A DNA stretch of 64,000 nt from a virus (IMGVR_UViG_3300020577_005397:2746-66745), one strand, 5' to 3'; positions 7,852-16,328 are shown, numbered from the stretch's first letter. A program made the numbers and translations. Notes: generated from the sequence alone by a model not told the origin.

Positions 7852-8212
7852 CCCCCGAGATCCACCGGTCGATCCTGACTGCGGCCATTTCCTCGAAGAC
7901 AATGAACGTCATGTTGTCGGGGTACTGGAGGGAGTATTCACTCCCGAAGTTCGTGACCCGCAGGAGCCCGCCCGGCCCTACAGCGTCCAGCCAATGCCCG
8001 GCCTCCGTGTAGTATAGGCCATAGGTCAGATGTAGCACGCCGCCGAAGGTAATCTGCACAGGCAACGTGGTCCCATTGACCCGTATGGTGGACCATGTTT
8101 TCTGGACGATCCCCTGCTGCAAGTTGTACTCTTGCAGGGCCTTTTCGAGATCGGCGGTGTTGATTTGTTGAGTGTAGTTTGTCGCCACAGCGCGATAGGT
8201 CGTTGCCATCAA
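7823..8212 (-). CDS. Hypothetical protein
   Basis: GGAGA SD, coupled to neighbours. Confidence 0.7.
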   Translation of the reverse strand: MMATTYRAVATNYTQQINTADLEKALQEYNLQQGIVQKTWSTIRVNGTTLPVQITFGGVLHLTYGLYYTEAGHWLDAVGPGGLLRVTNFGSEYSLQYPDNMTFIVFEEMAAVRIDRWISGVDTSSTPAV

Positions 8213-8391
8213 ATCTCTCCGTTCAGGAATGCTTCGACGTTCTCCAGGACTTCTGGGTAGGAGCAGCCTACCATCTCATCGTTTCCGAGCTTCAGAGTCC
8301 ACCATGTGGGCTGGATATCGCCGACATTCCACACAGATAGCCGACGAGCCCCCGGTAGATCTCCAGGCACTTCTTGCTGTGTGACCACCAT
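8209..8391 (-). CDS. Small hypothetical protein
   Basis: Fills the gap in the operon; stop overlaps the next start. Confidence 0.5.
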   Translation of the reverse strand: MVVTQQEVPGDLPGARRLSVWNVGDIQPTWWTLKLGNDEMVGCSYPEVLENVEAFLNGEI

Positions 8392-8415
8392 ACCCGCACA
8401 ACAGGAACGTATTCC

Positions 8416-8634
8416 TCATCCACGGGTCACCCCCATCCGCTCGGCCAAGTATTCCTCTACTTCTTCAACGCCCTGGTTTGCCCTGACCGGCAGGGATGCG
8501 TAATCCTCCCACACCCACCAGCCACTGCCCCGCTGCTCCACGGCCACCCGGCTGTCATTGAAGACAAAGATGAGCGTCCCGGTTCGAGACTTGACCGTGC
8601 CGGTGGGGTGCCACATCACATACATGAGGTTCAT
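8416..8634 (-). CDS. Small Trp-rich early protein
   Basis: ATG with GGAG SD overlapping the upstream stop; GWWVWED motif resembles neighbours. Confidence 0.7.
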   Translation of the reverse strand: MNLMYVMWHPTGTVKSRTGTLIFVFNDSRVAVEQRGSGWWVWEDYASLPVRANQGVEEVEEYLAERMGVTRG

Positions 8635-8891
8635 TTCTGCTCCAGTTGCATGATGAGCTGGGCGACGACGTATCCCGTCTCGCTGTAGACCGATCCTAAC
8701 TCCCAGCATTCGGGCACATTCGCCGGATAGTACGACAGGAAGAACTTTCCGGCATCGTCGTTCCGTACCCGCACCATCCCCTGGTCGAACACAAACAACA
8801 TCCCCTCCGGCACAGACTGGAACAAAATCTGCTCCAGCTTCTGTTCCCGAGGGATATCACCCCAGCCACGGTCAGTACGTGTGTAAGGCAC
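8631..8891 (-). CDS. Small early protein, leaderless GTG
   Basis: GTG 6 nt after the -10; LFVFDQGMVRV resembles LIFVFNDSRVAV of the next gene. Confidence 0.7.
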   Translation of the reverse strand: MPYTRTDRGWGDIPREQKLEQILFQSVPEGMLFVFDQGMVRVRNDDAGKFFLSYYPANVPECWELGSVYSETGYVVAQLIMQLEQK

Positions 8892-8897
8892 GGGAAC

Positions 8898-8927
8898 AGT
8901 CTAGCACAGATCTGGGGCGGAAGTCAA
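8898..8927 (-). promoter_or_regulatory. Sigma70-like promoter
   Basis: TTGACT-18-TAGACT with TGTGC extension. Confidence 0.7.
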
Positions 8928-8929
8928 GG

Positions 8930-9500
8930 GCCTGGGGCGGATCGGCTATACGGCGGCGGTGGAGTATTATGTAAAGGACACTTTTGGCTGGGGCCAGATT
9001 GTATTTGGGGTGGTCCAGGTCCCATACCCGCGTATGCACATTTGTTTTCGAGCGCGCCCTGCGTTATCTAATAGCATGTTAGATAATGCTATACCCGCCA
9101 TATGTAGTGCTTTTAGGTTTGCCTAATGCCCACGTATAGTGCTTTTAGGACTCTATAACGTGCCAGTCGAGAGCGTAGGGGGCAGGGGCCATAGGGGCAG
9201 GGGCCATACAAGAACGGCCCTAGACGGCCCTACACGGGGCAGGGCGGGACTAGTGGCTATAGGGATAGCCATAGTGCGAGATAAATGGCACAGTGGGGCT
9301 GCTAGGGGCCTTTACAGGGGCCTTATAGAGTGTACCGCCGAATCGGGCCCTGTTCTCCTGGGCGTCCTGGGCGCGTGCATGGGCGTCGTCTCCAGGAGGG
9401 CCCGTAAGGCCCTGGGCGTCAGAACAGGGCGTTCTAAGGCCCAGGGGAATCACGAAGGCCCTGGGACACTCGCCCAGGGCCTTTAGCACGGGCCTAACAA
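8930..9500. repeat. Non-coding repeat-rich block (terminus/pac/origin candidate)
   Basis: GCGTTATCTAA-N7-TTAGATAATGC palindrome at 9061-9089; TAGTGCTTTTAGG at 9105 and 9137; dense GGCCC/GGGCC/CCTGGG. Confidence 0.55.
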
Positions 9501-9511
9501 GGGCGAGGACC

Positions 9512-10072
9512 TTAGATGTCTAGGCCCTGTTCGCACTCGTCGATGTAGGACGACGGCGGACACGATTCGGGCCCGATGCACCGTAGCAGACTGGGAACAT
9601 CCTCGCCCAGACGGCGAAGAGTCGTCAACCGTTCCAGGGCGTTCATATAGCGCCATTCTGAATTGGCGTACTCCTTCGCTTCGTCCCACCGGAGTTCACC
9701 GTAGGCGTCCTCATCTAGGATGGGATAGTCGGCCAGTCTCCTCTGGATTCGTTCTGCCTCCTCGATGGCGCCCAGGTTCGAAGGGTGGATGGCGATCCAG
9801 GAGACCCAACCGACAGCCCAATGGGATTCGGTCACTTCAATAACGTCTTGCCAGTCCTCCCCATGTTCGTCCTCGCTGGCAGGATGCCACTGGGCGAGGG
9901 CGAGAAGTGACTCACGTTGGGCTTGCCAGTTGGAACGGTCTAGCGGGCCCGAATCCCGATGCACGCCGACGGGAGAACAGAACCAACCGTTCCAATTCTC
10001 GCCAAGATAGAAGTCAGGATGTCTCCAGGGCGTCAACGTTGTCGGGCGTGAGAGTGTTTGTGTCGTATTCAT
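9512..10072 (-). CDS. Conserved phage hypothetical protein (RDS..LDRSNW / ESHWAVGWV type)
   Basis: Motifs recognised from phage hypotheticals; CAGGA SD; own promoter. Confidence 0.75.
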   Translation of the reverse strand: MNTTQTLSRPTTLTPWRHPDFYLGENWNGWFCSPVGVHRDSGPLDRSNWQAQRESLLALAQWHPASEDEHGEDWQDVIEVTESHWAVGWVSWIAIHPSNLGAIEEAERIQRRLADYPILDEDAYGELRWDEAKEYANSEWRYMNALERLTTLRRLGEDVPSLLRCIGPESCPPSSYIDECEQGLDI

Positions 10073-10119
10073 TGTCCTGTTTCCTGGGCCCTGGGTGAAC
10101 GTTCCTGGGCCCGAATTGC

Positions 10120-10147
10120 ATCATAGCGGAATCGCCCAAAGAGTCAA
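10120..10147 (-). promoter_or_regulatory. Sigma70-like promoter
   Basis: TTGACT-16-TATGAT. Confidence 0.7.
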
Positions 10148-10171
10148 GTACATAATGTACCAGTTTATAGA

Positions 10172-10357
10172 CTAGTCACTGTCTACACTGTCGGGCCCTG
10201 CCCAGTGTCCAGAGTGACGACGATACCGGATTCTCTGTTCCTGGGCCCTGGGCGTCGTGTTTGGGCGTCCTCGCATGGTCTCCAGGGCCCGACAGAGGGC
10301 CCAGGACGCTAACAGCCATAGCATGACCAGGAACGGAATAGCGAACAGGGCGAACAT
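10172..10357 (-). CDS. Small membrane-anchored protein
   Basis: AGGAG SD, N-terminal hydrophobic segment. Confidence 0.5.
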   Translation of the reverse strand: MFALFAIPFLVMLWLLASWALCRALETMRGRPNTTPRAQEQRIRYRRHSGHWAGPDSVDSD

Positions 10358-10821
10358 GGTAGCACTCCTGGGCCCAGGGCCCGAACTCGGACATCGGGCC
10401 CAGGATAACGGATTCCGGGTTTCCTGTTCGATAGCATCGGTTGGTATCGGTTGGGCCCGTCGTCAGGAACGGATTCCTGTGCGCGAATCGCTCGATAAAA
10501 TAAGCACGATTCGCCCTTCGCTGTAACTAGTTGTTAGGATTCCGGGCCCTGATGGAATCGCCTATATACGCGATATGGCATATACGGAATTTTGAAATTA
10601 GCCGAAAAAACAGGCCCGTTTTAGGCCCAGGGCCTATTTAGTGTCCGTGCGACAATAAGAGCAGAATCGATAAACATTAGACGGTTGTCTAATTGTTTTT
10701 TGGCCGGTTTGGGCCGGTATTTTTCACGTCTGGGCAGTTGGTTGACTCATGAGCCCGTTTGCATATGATGTCTTTTGTCGGTTGGTTGTTTGGTCCTGGG
10801 CCCGACAGAGGGCCCAGGACG
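10285..10821 (+). repeat. 24-nt exact direct repeat flanking an AT-rich segment
   Basis: GGGCCCGACAGAGGGCCCAGGACG at 10285-10308 and 10798-10821; ATTAGAC-GGTT-GTCTAAT palindrome near 10676-10693. Confidence 0.7.
10742..10769 (+). promoter_or_regulatory. Sigma70-like promoter of the rightward early unit
   Basis: TTGACT-16-TATGAT; spacer resembles that of the 14940 promoter. Confidence 0.7.
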
Positions 10822-10834
10822 TTAGGAGGGCCTT

Positions 10835-11182
10835 ATGCGCGAACTCGCCCAATTGGGCGAGACATTCGGAAACCGAATCACGTTCATAGAGTTCATCGAG
10901 ATTCCCTATGATGGGCGTCAGAACGTGAGATTCTACTTCGATAACGGACTCTGTATGTCGGTTGGGTGCAATGGCCGAACATACTCTGACCATTCCGAAG
11001 GACTCTACGAAATTGCTGTTATCGTCCTCAGAGACGATAACGGACACGTCCAACTGATGAACGTGTCCGAATGGCATGGAACAGTCCTAGGATGGCAGAA
11101 CGCTAACGAGATTCGTTATTGGATGGGAAGGGTTTCGAGCGAAGGCTTCGCACTATCGAACGAAGACATAAGGCCCGGTTGA
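10835..11182 (+). CDS. Hypothetical early protein (GLYEIAV type)
   Basis: AGGAGG SD. Confidence 0.75.
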   Translation: MRELAQLGETFGNRITFIEFIEIPYDGRQNVRFYFDNGLCMSVGCNGRTYSDHSEGLYEIAVIVLRDDNGHVQLMNVSEWHGTVLGWQNANEIRYWMGRVSSEGFALSNEDIRPG

Positions 11183-11237
11183 CGGGCCCACCATAGGCCA
11201 TAACTCTAGCGGTTGTGTCCTATGGTGGGAATGTCAA
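11179..11237. repeat. Inverted repeat with 26-bp imperfect arms
   Basis: TTGACGGGCCCACCATAGGCCATAAC versus reverse complement TTGACATTCCCACCATAGGACACAAC; loop TCTAGCG. Confidence 0.8.
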
Positions 11238-11260
11238 GTAACATCAGGAGGATTCCGACT

Positions 11261-11653
11261 ATGTGCGAAAAGTTTAACGGTTGGAGTGACCATGCTACAT
11301 GGTGCCTGTCAATGATTGTTGACGGCAACTACAGCGAGGGCGATTATCACTACTGGCAGGAGACCGTCAACGAACTCGCCCAGAACGCCGACGATCAGGA
11401 TGAACATGCGCGCATGGTCACGGACGCCCTAAGCGACTGGTACGACTCTGCGGTTGACGAACTCGGAATCGCCGGATTCTTCGGCGATATGATGGCGAAT
11501 CCTGAGTTCTGGGAAGTTGGCGAGTCACTCGTTCGCGGTTGGCGCGAGGAGGGCGGCAAATACGCCAGTGAGGAGGAGGAGGACGAAGACAAGGACCTGA
11601 CACCGGATGATGACGACAAAGACAACGGAGAGGGCGGTTTCATGGTTGACTAG
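11261..11653 (+). CDS. Highly acidic early protein (NGW..ATW type)
   Basis: AGGAGG SD; FNGWSDHATW N-terminus; about 37 D/E versus 7 K/R by hand count. Confidence 0.8.
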   Translation: MCEKFNGWSDHATWCLSMIVDGNYSEGDYHYWQETVNELAQNADDQDEHARMVTDALSDWYDSAVDELGIAGFFGDMMANPEFWEVGESLVRGWREEGGKYASEEEEDEDKDLTPDDDDKDNGEGGFMVD

Positions 11654-11720
11654 GGCAGCGGTTGTACTCTGACATTCTGGGCCTAACTAGCGGTTGGGCC
11701 CAGTAGTGAGAGGATAACCT

Positions 11721-11945
11721 ATGAAGATTTATGTTCTGACACAATCAGAAGGCAACGACAGTGAGGAAGGCATTCCCGCCTACTTCACGCCGATAAAGGC
11801 CTTCTACACAGAAGGCGAAGCGGTTGCATGGCGGGATGGTCTGCTAGAGTCGTGGCAGACAGCAGCCAATGAGCACTGGTTGATGCTTCTGCACCCACTG
11901 ACACCGGCCCATTTTGAGATTACGGCCGTTGACCTGGAGCAGTGA
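11721..11945 (+). CDS. Small early hypothetical protein
   Basis: GAGG SD. Confidence 0.7.
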   Translation: MKIYVLTQSEGNDSEEGIPAYFTPIKAFYTEGEAVAWRDGLLESWQTAANEHWLMLLHPLTPAHFEITAVDLEQ

Positions 11946-11946
11946 C

Positions 11947-12231
11947 ATGGATTACAAAGGTTTCCAAGTCCCTGACAGGGACGAACTAGAGCGGTTGGAG
12001 GAACTCGGACAATTGTTCCTATCCAGCGTCTACACTGACGATGGCACGGGCATTCGGGGGATGGTCAGGGTCTGGCTCTGGAAACAGCCTCATGCTATGT
12101 ACGGCGACTGCTATTGTGTCCAGCGATGGGACAGCCAGAACGGCAATGCTAAGGCTCTGACCTTCTGGTACTGGAGCGGTGCGGTTGTTGAGGCATGGCG
12201 CAAGGAACTTGACGGTCTTCTGGAGGGATGA
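11947..12231 (+). CDS. Small Trp-rich early protein
   Basis: GGAG SD, 1 nt after the upstream stop. Confidence 0.7.
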   Translation: MDYKGFQVPDRDELERLEELGQLFLSSVYTDDGTGIRGMVRVWLWKQPHAMYGDCYCVQRWDSQNGNAKALTFWYWSGAVVEAWRKELDGLLEG

Positions 12232-12232
12232 C

Positions 12233-12439
12233 ATGAAAATGTATGTCTGGTACGCGGTTGACGATCCAAACCGGTATTATCAGGGGACCATCATCACCGT
12301 CGCGGATAACCTGGAGGAGGCGAAAGCCAAAATCAGGCGGTTGGGGATGCTCGGTGAAAATGCGTCAAAGCACGATCCTGATGAAGTGATTGACGTGAAC
12401 AGCAAGGATTGTGCCGTCTATGTGGACGGCGGGGAATGA
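12233..12439 (+). CDS. Small early hypothetical protein
   Basis: GGAGG SD, coupled. Confidence 0.7.
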   Translation: MKMYVWYAVDDPNRYYQGTIITVADNLEEAKAKIRRLGMLGENASKHDPDEVIDVNSKDCAVYVDGGE

Positions 12440-12663
12440 GGATTGAAACCATGGATTACTTGACAATGGTGACAGCAGCGAACGATTACGACGGGGTAGC
12501 CGGGGAAGTGCGGTTGCTCTGTGTCGTCGCTCAGAACGGGGACGATGCCAAGAAACAAGCCCTCTGGCACTGGTACATCAAGGGCGTGCCAGTCGGGCCC
12601 ACTGACCTTCTGATTGCCGTTCCCTTGATGGACGTCTGGGACGGCCTGACGGTGACGCCATGA
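12436..12663 (+). CDS. Small early hypothetical protein
   Basis: ATGA overlap with the upstream stop. Confidence 0.6.
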   Translation: MRIETMDYLTMVTAANDYDGVAGEVRLLCVVAQNGDDAKKQALWHWYIKGVPVGPTDLLIAVPLMDVWDGLTVTP

Positions 12664-12750
12664 GCCCTGAAGCAGCATCAATCATCGCTCTAGCGGTTGG
12701 GACTGTTTGGGCCCTTTACACACTCATTCGGGAACGTTGAGGAGGAGAAC

Positions 12751-13038
12751 ATGCGCGCAATCAAGACGATGTACTATGTTGTGGACTGCACTCCTGAGCA
12801 CATTCTGTGCGGTTCAGACGATCCAGAGGAGCAGGGCTGTTTTCTGTGCTCCTCGTGCTACAGAGACGAACGTGAACGCGGTTCGGTTCAGTGGTTGGAG
12901 ACCCTGAAGGGCCCGAACGCCCTGAACGTTCGCTGTGCGGTTTGCGAGTACGAGGACACGGGCGAACGCGACGAGGACGAGGACGAACTGCCCGAACTAT
13001 GGGAATCGCTCCTGGGCGTCGTGTTTGACGAGGACTGA
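12751..13038 (+). CDS. Small Cys-rich (two CxxC) acidic protein, putative Zn-binding
   Basis: GAGGAG SD; CSSC and CAVC. Confidence 0.7.
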   Translation: MRAIKTMYYVVDCTPEHILCGSDDPEEQGCFLCSSCYRDERERGSVQWLETLKGPNALNVRCAVCEYEDTGERDEDEDELPELWESLLGVVFDED

Positions 13039-13041
13039 CGG

Positions 13042-13072
13042 CGGTTGACACCTAACACTCTGGGCCTTATCA
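13042..13072 (+). promoter_or_regulatory. Sigma70-like promoter overlapping a CTGGGCC hairpin
   Basis: TTGACA-17-TATCAT. Confidence 0.65.
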
Positions 13073-13126
13073 TGAGGCGATAGGGCCCAGCAGTTAGCGG
13101 TTGACCTAGTAACAGGAGAAACGATC

Positions 13127-13798
13127 ATGCAGAAGAAGACGGTTGAGTACGAACTGTTCTCGTTCGATGAACTCGAATCGGATGCCCAGGACCGGGCCCG
13201 CGAGAACTGGTATCAGCGGCAAATGGACGACTTCGAGTTCCACATGGAGTGCTTTGTCGATCCCGACAACTGGCCGACGATCCTCAAGGCCCTGGGCTTC
13301 ACGCAGAACACTCGCCGGGCCGTTCTGATGTCCGGCAGGACCGTCCACAAGCCGGACTTCCAATACTCGTTCGGCGGTGGGCCGGAGTTCGTGTCCTTCG
13401 ATGGCACCTGGATGCCTGACGACTTCGACCGAGATGCGGTTGAGGAGATTCGCAAGGACCGGCCCACCGACACGCGGTTGCACTCGATCCTGGACGACGC
13501 CCACCAACTATGGGTGGTTGCCGGACAGGGCGACTTGTACACCATCAAGGGCGAGACTGACCGACGCGGTTGGGATGTCGAACTCGAAGAACGGGCCCAG
13601 GACGACGACGGGGAGACCATCGAATCGGATGACGTGTCGCACAATCTGCTGTCCCTCTGCCACGACCTGGACGTGTGGATGACTCGTCAGGTGAACGACG
13701 AACTGAAGTACCAGACTAGTGACGAAGCCCTGACCGAATGGGCGAACCGCGAGGGCGACGGCGGTTGCATCTTCCTGAGCAACGGGGAGACTCTGTAG
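13127..13798 (+). CDS. Acidic early protein (FSFDELESDAQDRARENW type)
   Basis: AGGAG SD; N-terminal motif seen in phage hypotheticals; D/E-rich. Confidence 0.8.
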   Translation: MQKKTVEYELFSFDELESDAQDRARENWYQRQMDDFEFHMECFVDPDNWPTILKALGFTQNTRRAVLMSGRTVHKPDFQYSFGGGPEFVSFDGTWMPDDFDRDAVEEIRKDRPTDTRLHSILDDAHQLWVVAGQGDLYTIKGETDRRGWDVELEERAQDDDGETIESDDVSHNLLSLCHDLDVWMTRQVNDELKYQTSDEALTEWANREGDGGCIFLSNGETL

Positions 13799-13873
13799 AC
13801 CTGGACGGTCGATCCCTGGGCCTCAATCCCAGTTGGGGCCCAGCATTCGGGAGTTCAGTCAGAGGAGACTAAC

Positions 13874-14239
13874 ATGGAAGACAAAGTGTACACAATCATC
13901 TATCGCGGCACTGACCTGGGAACGATGCGGCACTGCGTCGTCGTGGCTTGCAATATCCGGGGACAGGACTTTGAGGCCGCCAACGTCGCGGTCCTGCCGA
14001 TGGCGGAGCGTCGAAACGTCAGACTCGACGGCTATGTGCAGCACGTCTTCGAGTACAACGGCGGCATGGGACACCTGATGATCTTCGACAATCACGCGGT
14101 TGCGGGGTGCTCTGCCGGGGGCATCCTGGACATTGAACCGGACACGACCGGGGGGATGCCCGTCGTTCTCCGCTACTGGGAAGAAGATGACAGCAGCGAA
14201 GATGCCATCCGCTACGGGAGTGCCTTTCGTGAAAAATAG
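13874..14239 (+). CDS. Hypothetical early protein
   Basis: GAGGAG SD. Confidence 0.75.
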   Translation: MEDKVYTIIYRGTDLGTMRHCVVVACNIRGQDFEAANVAVLPMAERRNVRLDGYVQHVFEYNGGMGHLMIFDNHAVAGCSAGGILDIEPDTTGGMPVVLRYWEEDDSSEDAIRYGSAFREK

Positions 14240-14414
14240 AAACGAGTTCTACTGGGGCCTGTTCGGCGTGCTTGCAGCAACTGCATGGCTCTACGTCATC
14301 GTCGGTGCCATCACGTTCCGGGGTGAATTGCGGGAGAATGGCAGCGGTTGGTACTCGCTCTACCATCAGTCCCGCGTCGAGTTCTGTCTGCCGTTCAATT
14401 CGTGCGGGGAGTAG
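14229..14414 (+). CDS. Small membrane protein
   Basis: Hydrophobic segment; GTG start inferred. Confidence 0.45.
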   Translation: MKNRNEFYWGLFGVLAATAWLYVIVGAITFRGELRENGSGWYSLYHQSRVEFCLPFNSCGE

Positions 14415-14508
14415 TCGCTGGACGGCCTTCCCCGGCCCCTAACCCGTCGCGGTTGGGGGCCCGGCTGGAGAACAGCCCGGCGGTTGAGCAGTACATGGAA
14501 GGAGGCGC

Positions 14509-14715
14509 GTGATGCAATTCGCCCTGCACTACGCATCGGGACGGGCAGAGGACTTCGAGTTCGTCACGATCAACACGGTCGAAGACTTGATGCGGTTGGC
14601 ACAGGAGAGGGGTCATTCCATTCTGGTCAACCCGCCCTCTGACTTTGCCGTGGATCGCCCAGAACAGGCATGGCACTACTGGAATCTGGAAGTCGTGGAC
14701 GACTACCTTGACTGA
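14509..14715 (+). CDS. Small hypothetical protein
   Basis: AGGAGG SD. Confidence 0.7.
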   Translation: MMQFALHYASGRAEDFEFVTINTVEDLMRLAQERGHSILVNPPSDFAVDRPEQAWHYWNLEVVDDYLD

Positions 14716-14725
14716 GGAGGAACAC

Positions 14726-14920
14726 ATGTACACGAAAGAGCAGCTTGCCGATAAGATGGACACGATTATCGGGTTTCTGAATCTGGCGGAGGCGGCCAGC
14801 AGAGACATCGTGGACCCAGCGATGCAGCAGGCCGTTGAGGCTCTGACACAGGCGATTGCAGGGGTTGCCCTGATCGTCACGGACACGCAGGGCCTACGCG
14901 CAAACCCGCAGGACGACTGA
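14726..14920 (+). CDS. Small helical protein, resembles 16146..16328
   Basis: GAGGAGG SD; DPAMQQAVEALT versus DPATVAALESLT. Confidence 0.7.
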   Translation: MYTKEQLADKMDTIIGFLNLAEAASRDIVDPAMQQAVEALTQAIAGVALIVTDTQGLRANPQDD

Positions 14921-14939
14921 AGGAACGCATTCCTGCCTC

Positions 14940-14968
14940 TTGACAAGGCGAGCCGTTTGACGTATGAT
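14940..14968 (+). promoter_or_regulatory. Sigma70-like promoter
   Basis: TTGACA-17-TATGAT. Confidence 0.8.
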
Positions 14969-15016
14969 ATCTCTTGTCGGTGCGGTTGGCGCACTGACAC
15001 AGTAACAGGAAAGCCG

Positions 15017-15241
15017 ATGGACGCCAAACTTCACAAGGAACTGAAAGCCCTACAGCGCAAGGCGGCCCGAACGTTCCGCAACACGCTGGACCTGGACGAC
15101 CAGATCGTCGCCATCGCCCTGCTGGCGGTTAGCCTGGGCATGGAGGCAGGTGACTACGAATCGGTCAAGGCGATGTGCCAAGTCGCGGAAAAGTATTCCG
15201 AGATCCGCGTTCTCAAGGGTCGCCTGAACGGCACCCCGTAA
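15017..15241 (+). CDS. Small helical protein
   Basis: CAGGA SD. Confidence 0.7.
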   Translation: MDAKLHKELKALQRKAARTFRNTLDLDDQIVAIALLAVSLGMEAGDYESVKAMCQVAEKYSEIRVLKGRLNGTP

Positions 15242-15253
15242 CAGGAGCTGAAC

Positions 15254-15496
15254 ATGCTTCACGTTTCATTCACGATCTACTTCAAGAGCAACGCCGACGT
15301 CAAGGCCGTGGTCCGGGCGGTTGAGCGGCTGGAGAAGCGAAGCGAGGTGGTCAGCGCCCATCAACTCTCCAACCAGCACGGCGGCACCGTCTACCAGTTC
15401 ACGGTGGCCGAAAGTCGGGCCGACATCTTCCAGGACGCGGTGCGCGGCGAGAAGGTCGTGCGCGAGTTCGGTCGCAGTGACCGGCAGGAGGACTGA
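15254..15496 (+). CDS. Small hypothetical protein
   Basis: AGGAG SD. Confidence 0.7.
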   Translation: MLHVSFTIYFKSNADVKAVVRAVERLEKRSEVVSAHQLSNQHGGTVYQFTVAESRADIFQDAVRGEKVVREFGRSDRQED

Positions 15497-15497
15497 C

Positions 15498-15722
15498 ATG
15501 GGCAAGAGACACCTGTACACGGTCGTAACCCTTGCCGTCAACGGCAATCACGTTGAGGCGTCGGCGGAAGTGGCGCTGGCCGACAACGAGAACGAGTTGC
15601 TGGGGTCGGCCTACCGCATGGCCGGGATCAAGTATCCCGGTGCCACCGTGGACGTGCGGGTGGGTCGGGTCAAGGATGCCGAGTTCCTGAAGGTGCTGCG
15701 GCAGTGGGCCAAGGAGAGCTGA
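15498..15722 (+). CDS. Small hypothetical protein
   Basis: AGGAGG SD, coupled. Confidence 0.7.
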   Translation: MGKRHLYTVVTLAVNGNHVEASAEVALADNENELLGSAYRMAGIKYPGATVDVRVGRVKDAEFLKVLRQWAKES

Positions 15723-15723
15723 C

Positions 15724-15879
15724 ATGCGAAATCTACTGCGCCTTGCCAATCTTGTGCTGTCCGTTGGGATCGTCCTCTTGGCCCTGACTCAGCTTCACAC
15801 CAATCCGGTTCTTTCGCTGGGCCTGAGTTCGATCATTCTTCTGATTCAGCTCACGTCACTTGAAAGGGACATGGAGTAA
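15724..15879 (+). CDS. 51-aa membrane protein (below the track cutoff)
   Basis: AGGAG SD; MRNLLRLANLVLSVGIVLLAL...; fills the operon gap exactly. Confidence 0.6.
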   Translation: MRNLLRLANLVLSVGIVLLALTQLHTNPVLSLGLSSIILLIQLTSLERDME

Positions 15880-15880
15880 C

Positions 15881-16144
15881 ATGCGCAAGTACACCTATCT
15901 GGAAAAGCCTGTGACGCTCGATCACGCCGAGGGAGAGGTTCTGGTTCTGTCTGACCTGAGCCGGAGCAAGGTCTACTACTTCACGGTGGCACGCGACGAG
16001 CACGGCAACGTGTTTTTCTACGACAAGCACAGCGGCACGACGTTCTTCGGCGCTATGGCGGCGGTTGAGGATGTTCCGGACCCGGATCTGGGGGCGGGGC
16101 CTGTGCTGGTCTGGAGACTGGCCGACGAAGAAAGCAAGGACTAA
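15881..16144 (+). CDS. Small hypothetical protein
   Basis: GGAG SD. Confidence 0.7.
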   Translation: MRKYTYLEKPVTLDHAEGEVLVLSDLSRSKVYYFTVARDEHGNVFFYDKHSGTTFFGAMAAVEDVPDPDLGAGPVLVWRLADEESKD

Positions 16145-16145
16145 C

Positions 16146-16328
16146 ATGGACGAACTGCTGAAGGACGAACTGAACGAAGATCTCAACAACGTGCTGGAGG
16201 GCGTAGAGGACATGAAAAGGCTCTGCGGCGAGGTCCGTGACCCGGCCACCGTTGCGGCGCTGGAGTCTCTCACTCGCATGGTTGATCTTCTGCACGGTGT
16301 TCTTGTGGATCTGGTGGAGAAAGCATGA
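16146..16328 (+). CDS. Small acidic helical protein
   Basis: AAGGA SD. Confidence 0.7.
   Translation: MDELLKDELNEDLNNVLEGVEDMKRLCGEVRDPATVAALESLTRMVDLLHGVLVDLVEKA

Larger units (their letters stand above)
11209..16067 (+). repeat. Cluster of about 26 co-oriented GCGGTTG heptamers
   Basis: Counted by eye; all on the + strand, both intergenic and in all three reading frames. Confidence 0.85.

Noticed and set aside
9150-14500. CRISPR array or mini-array
   Set aside because: Repeats are short motifs or hairpins at irregular spacing, with no constant repeat-spacer period
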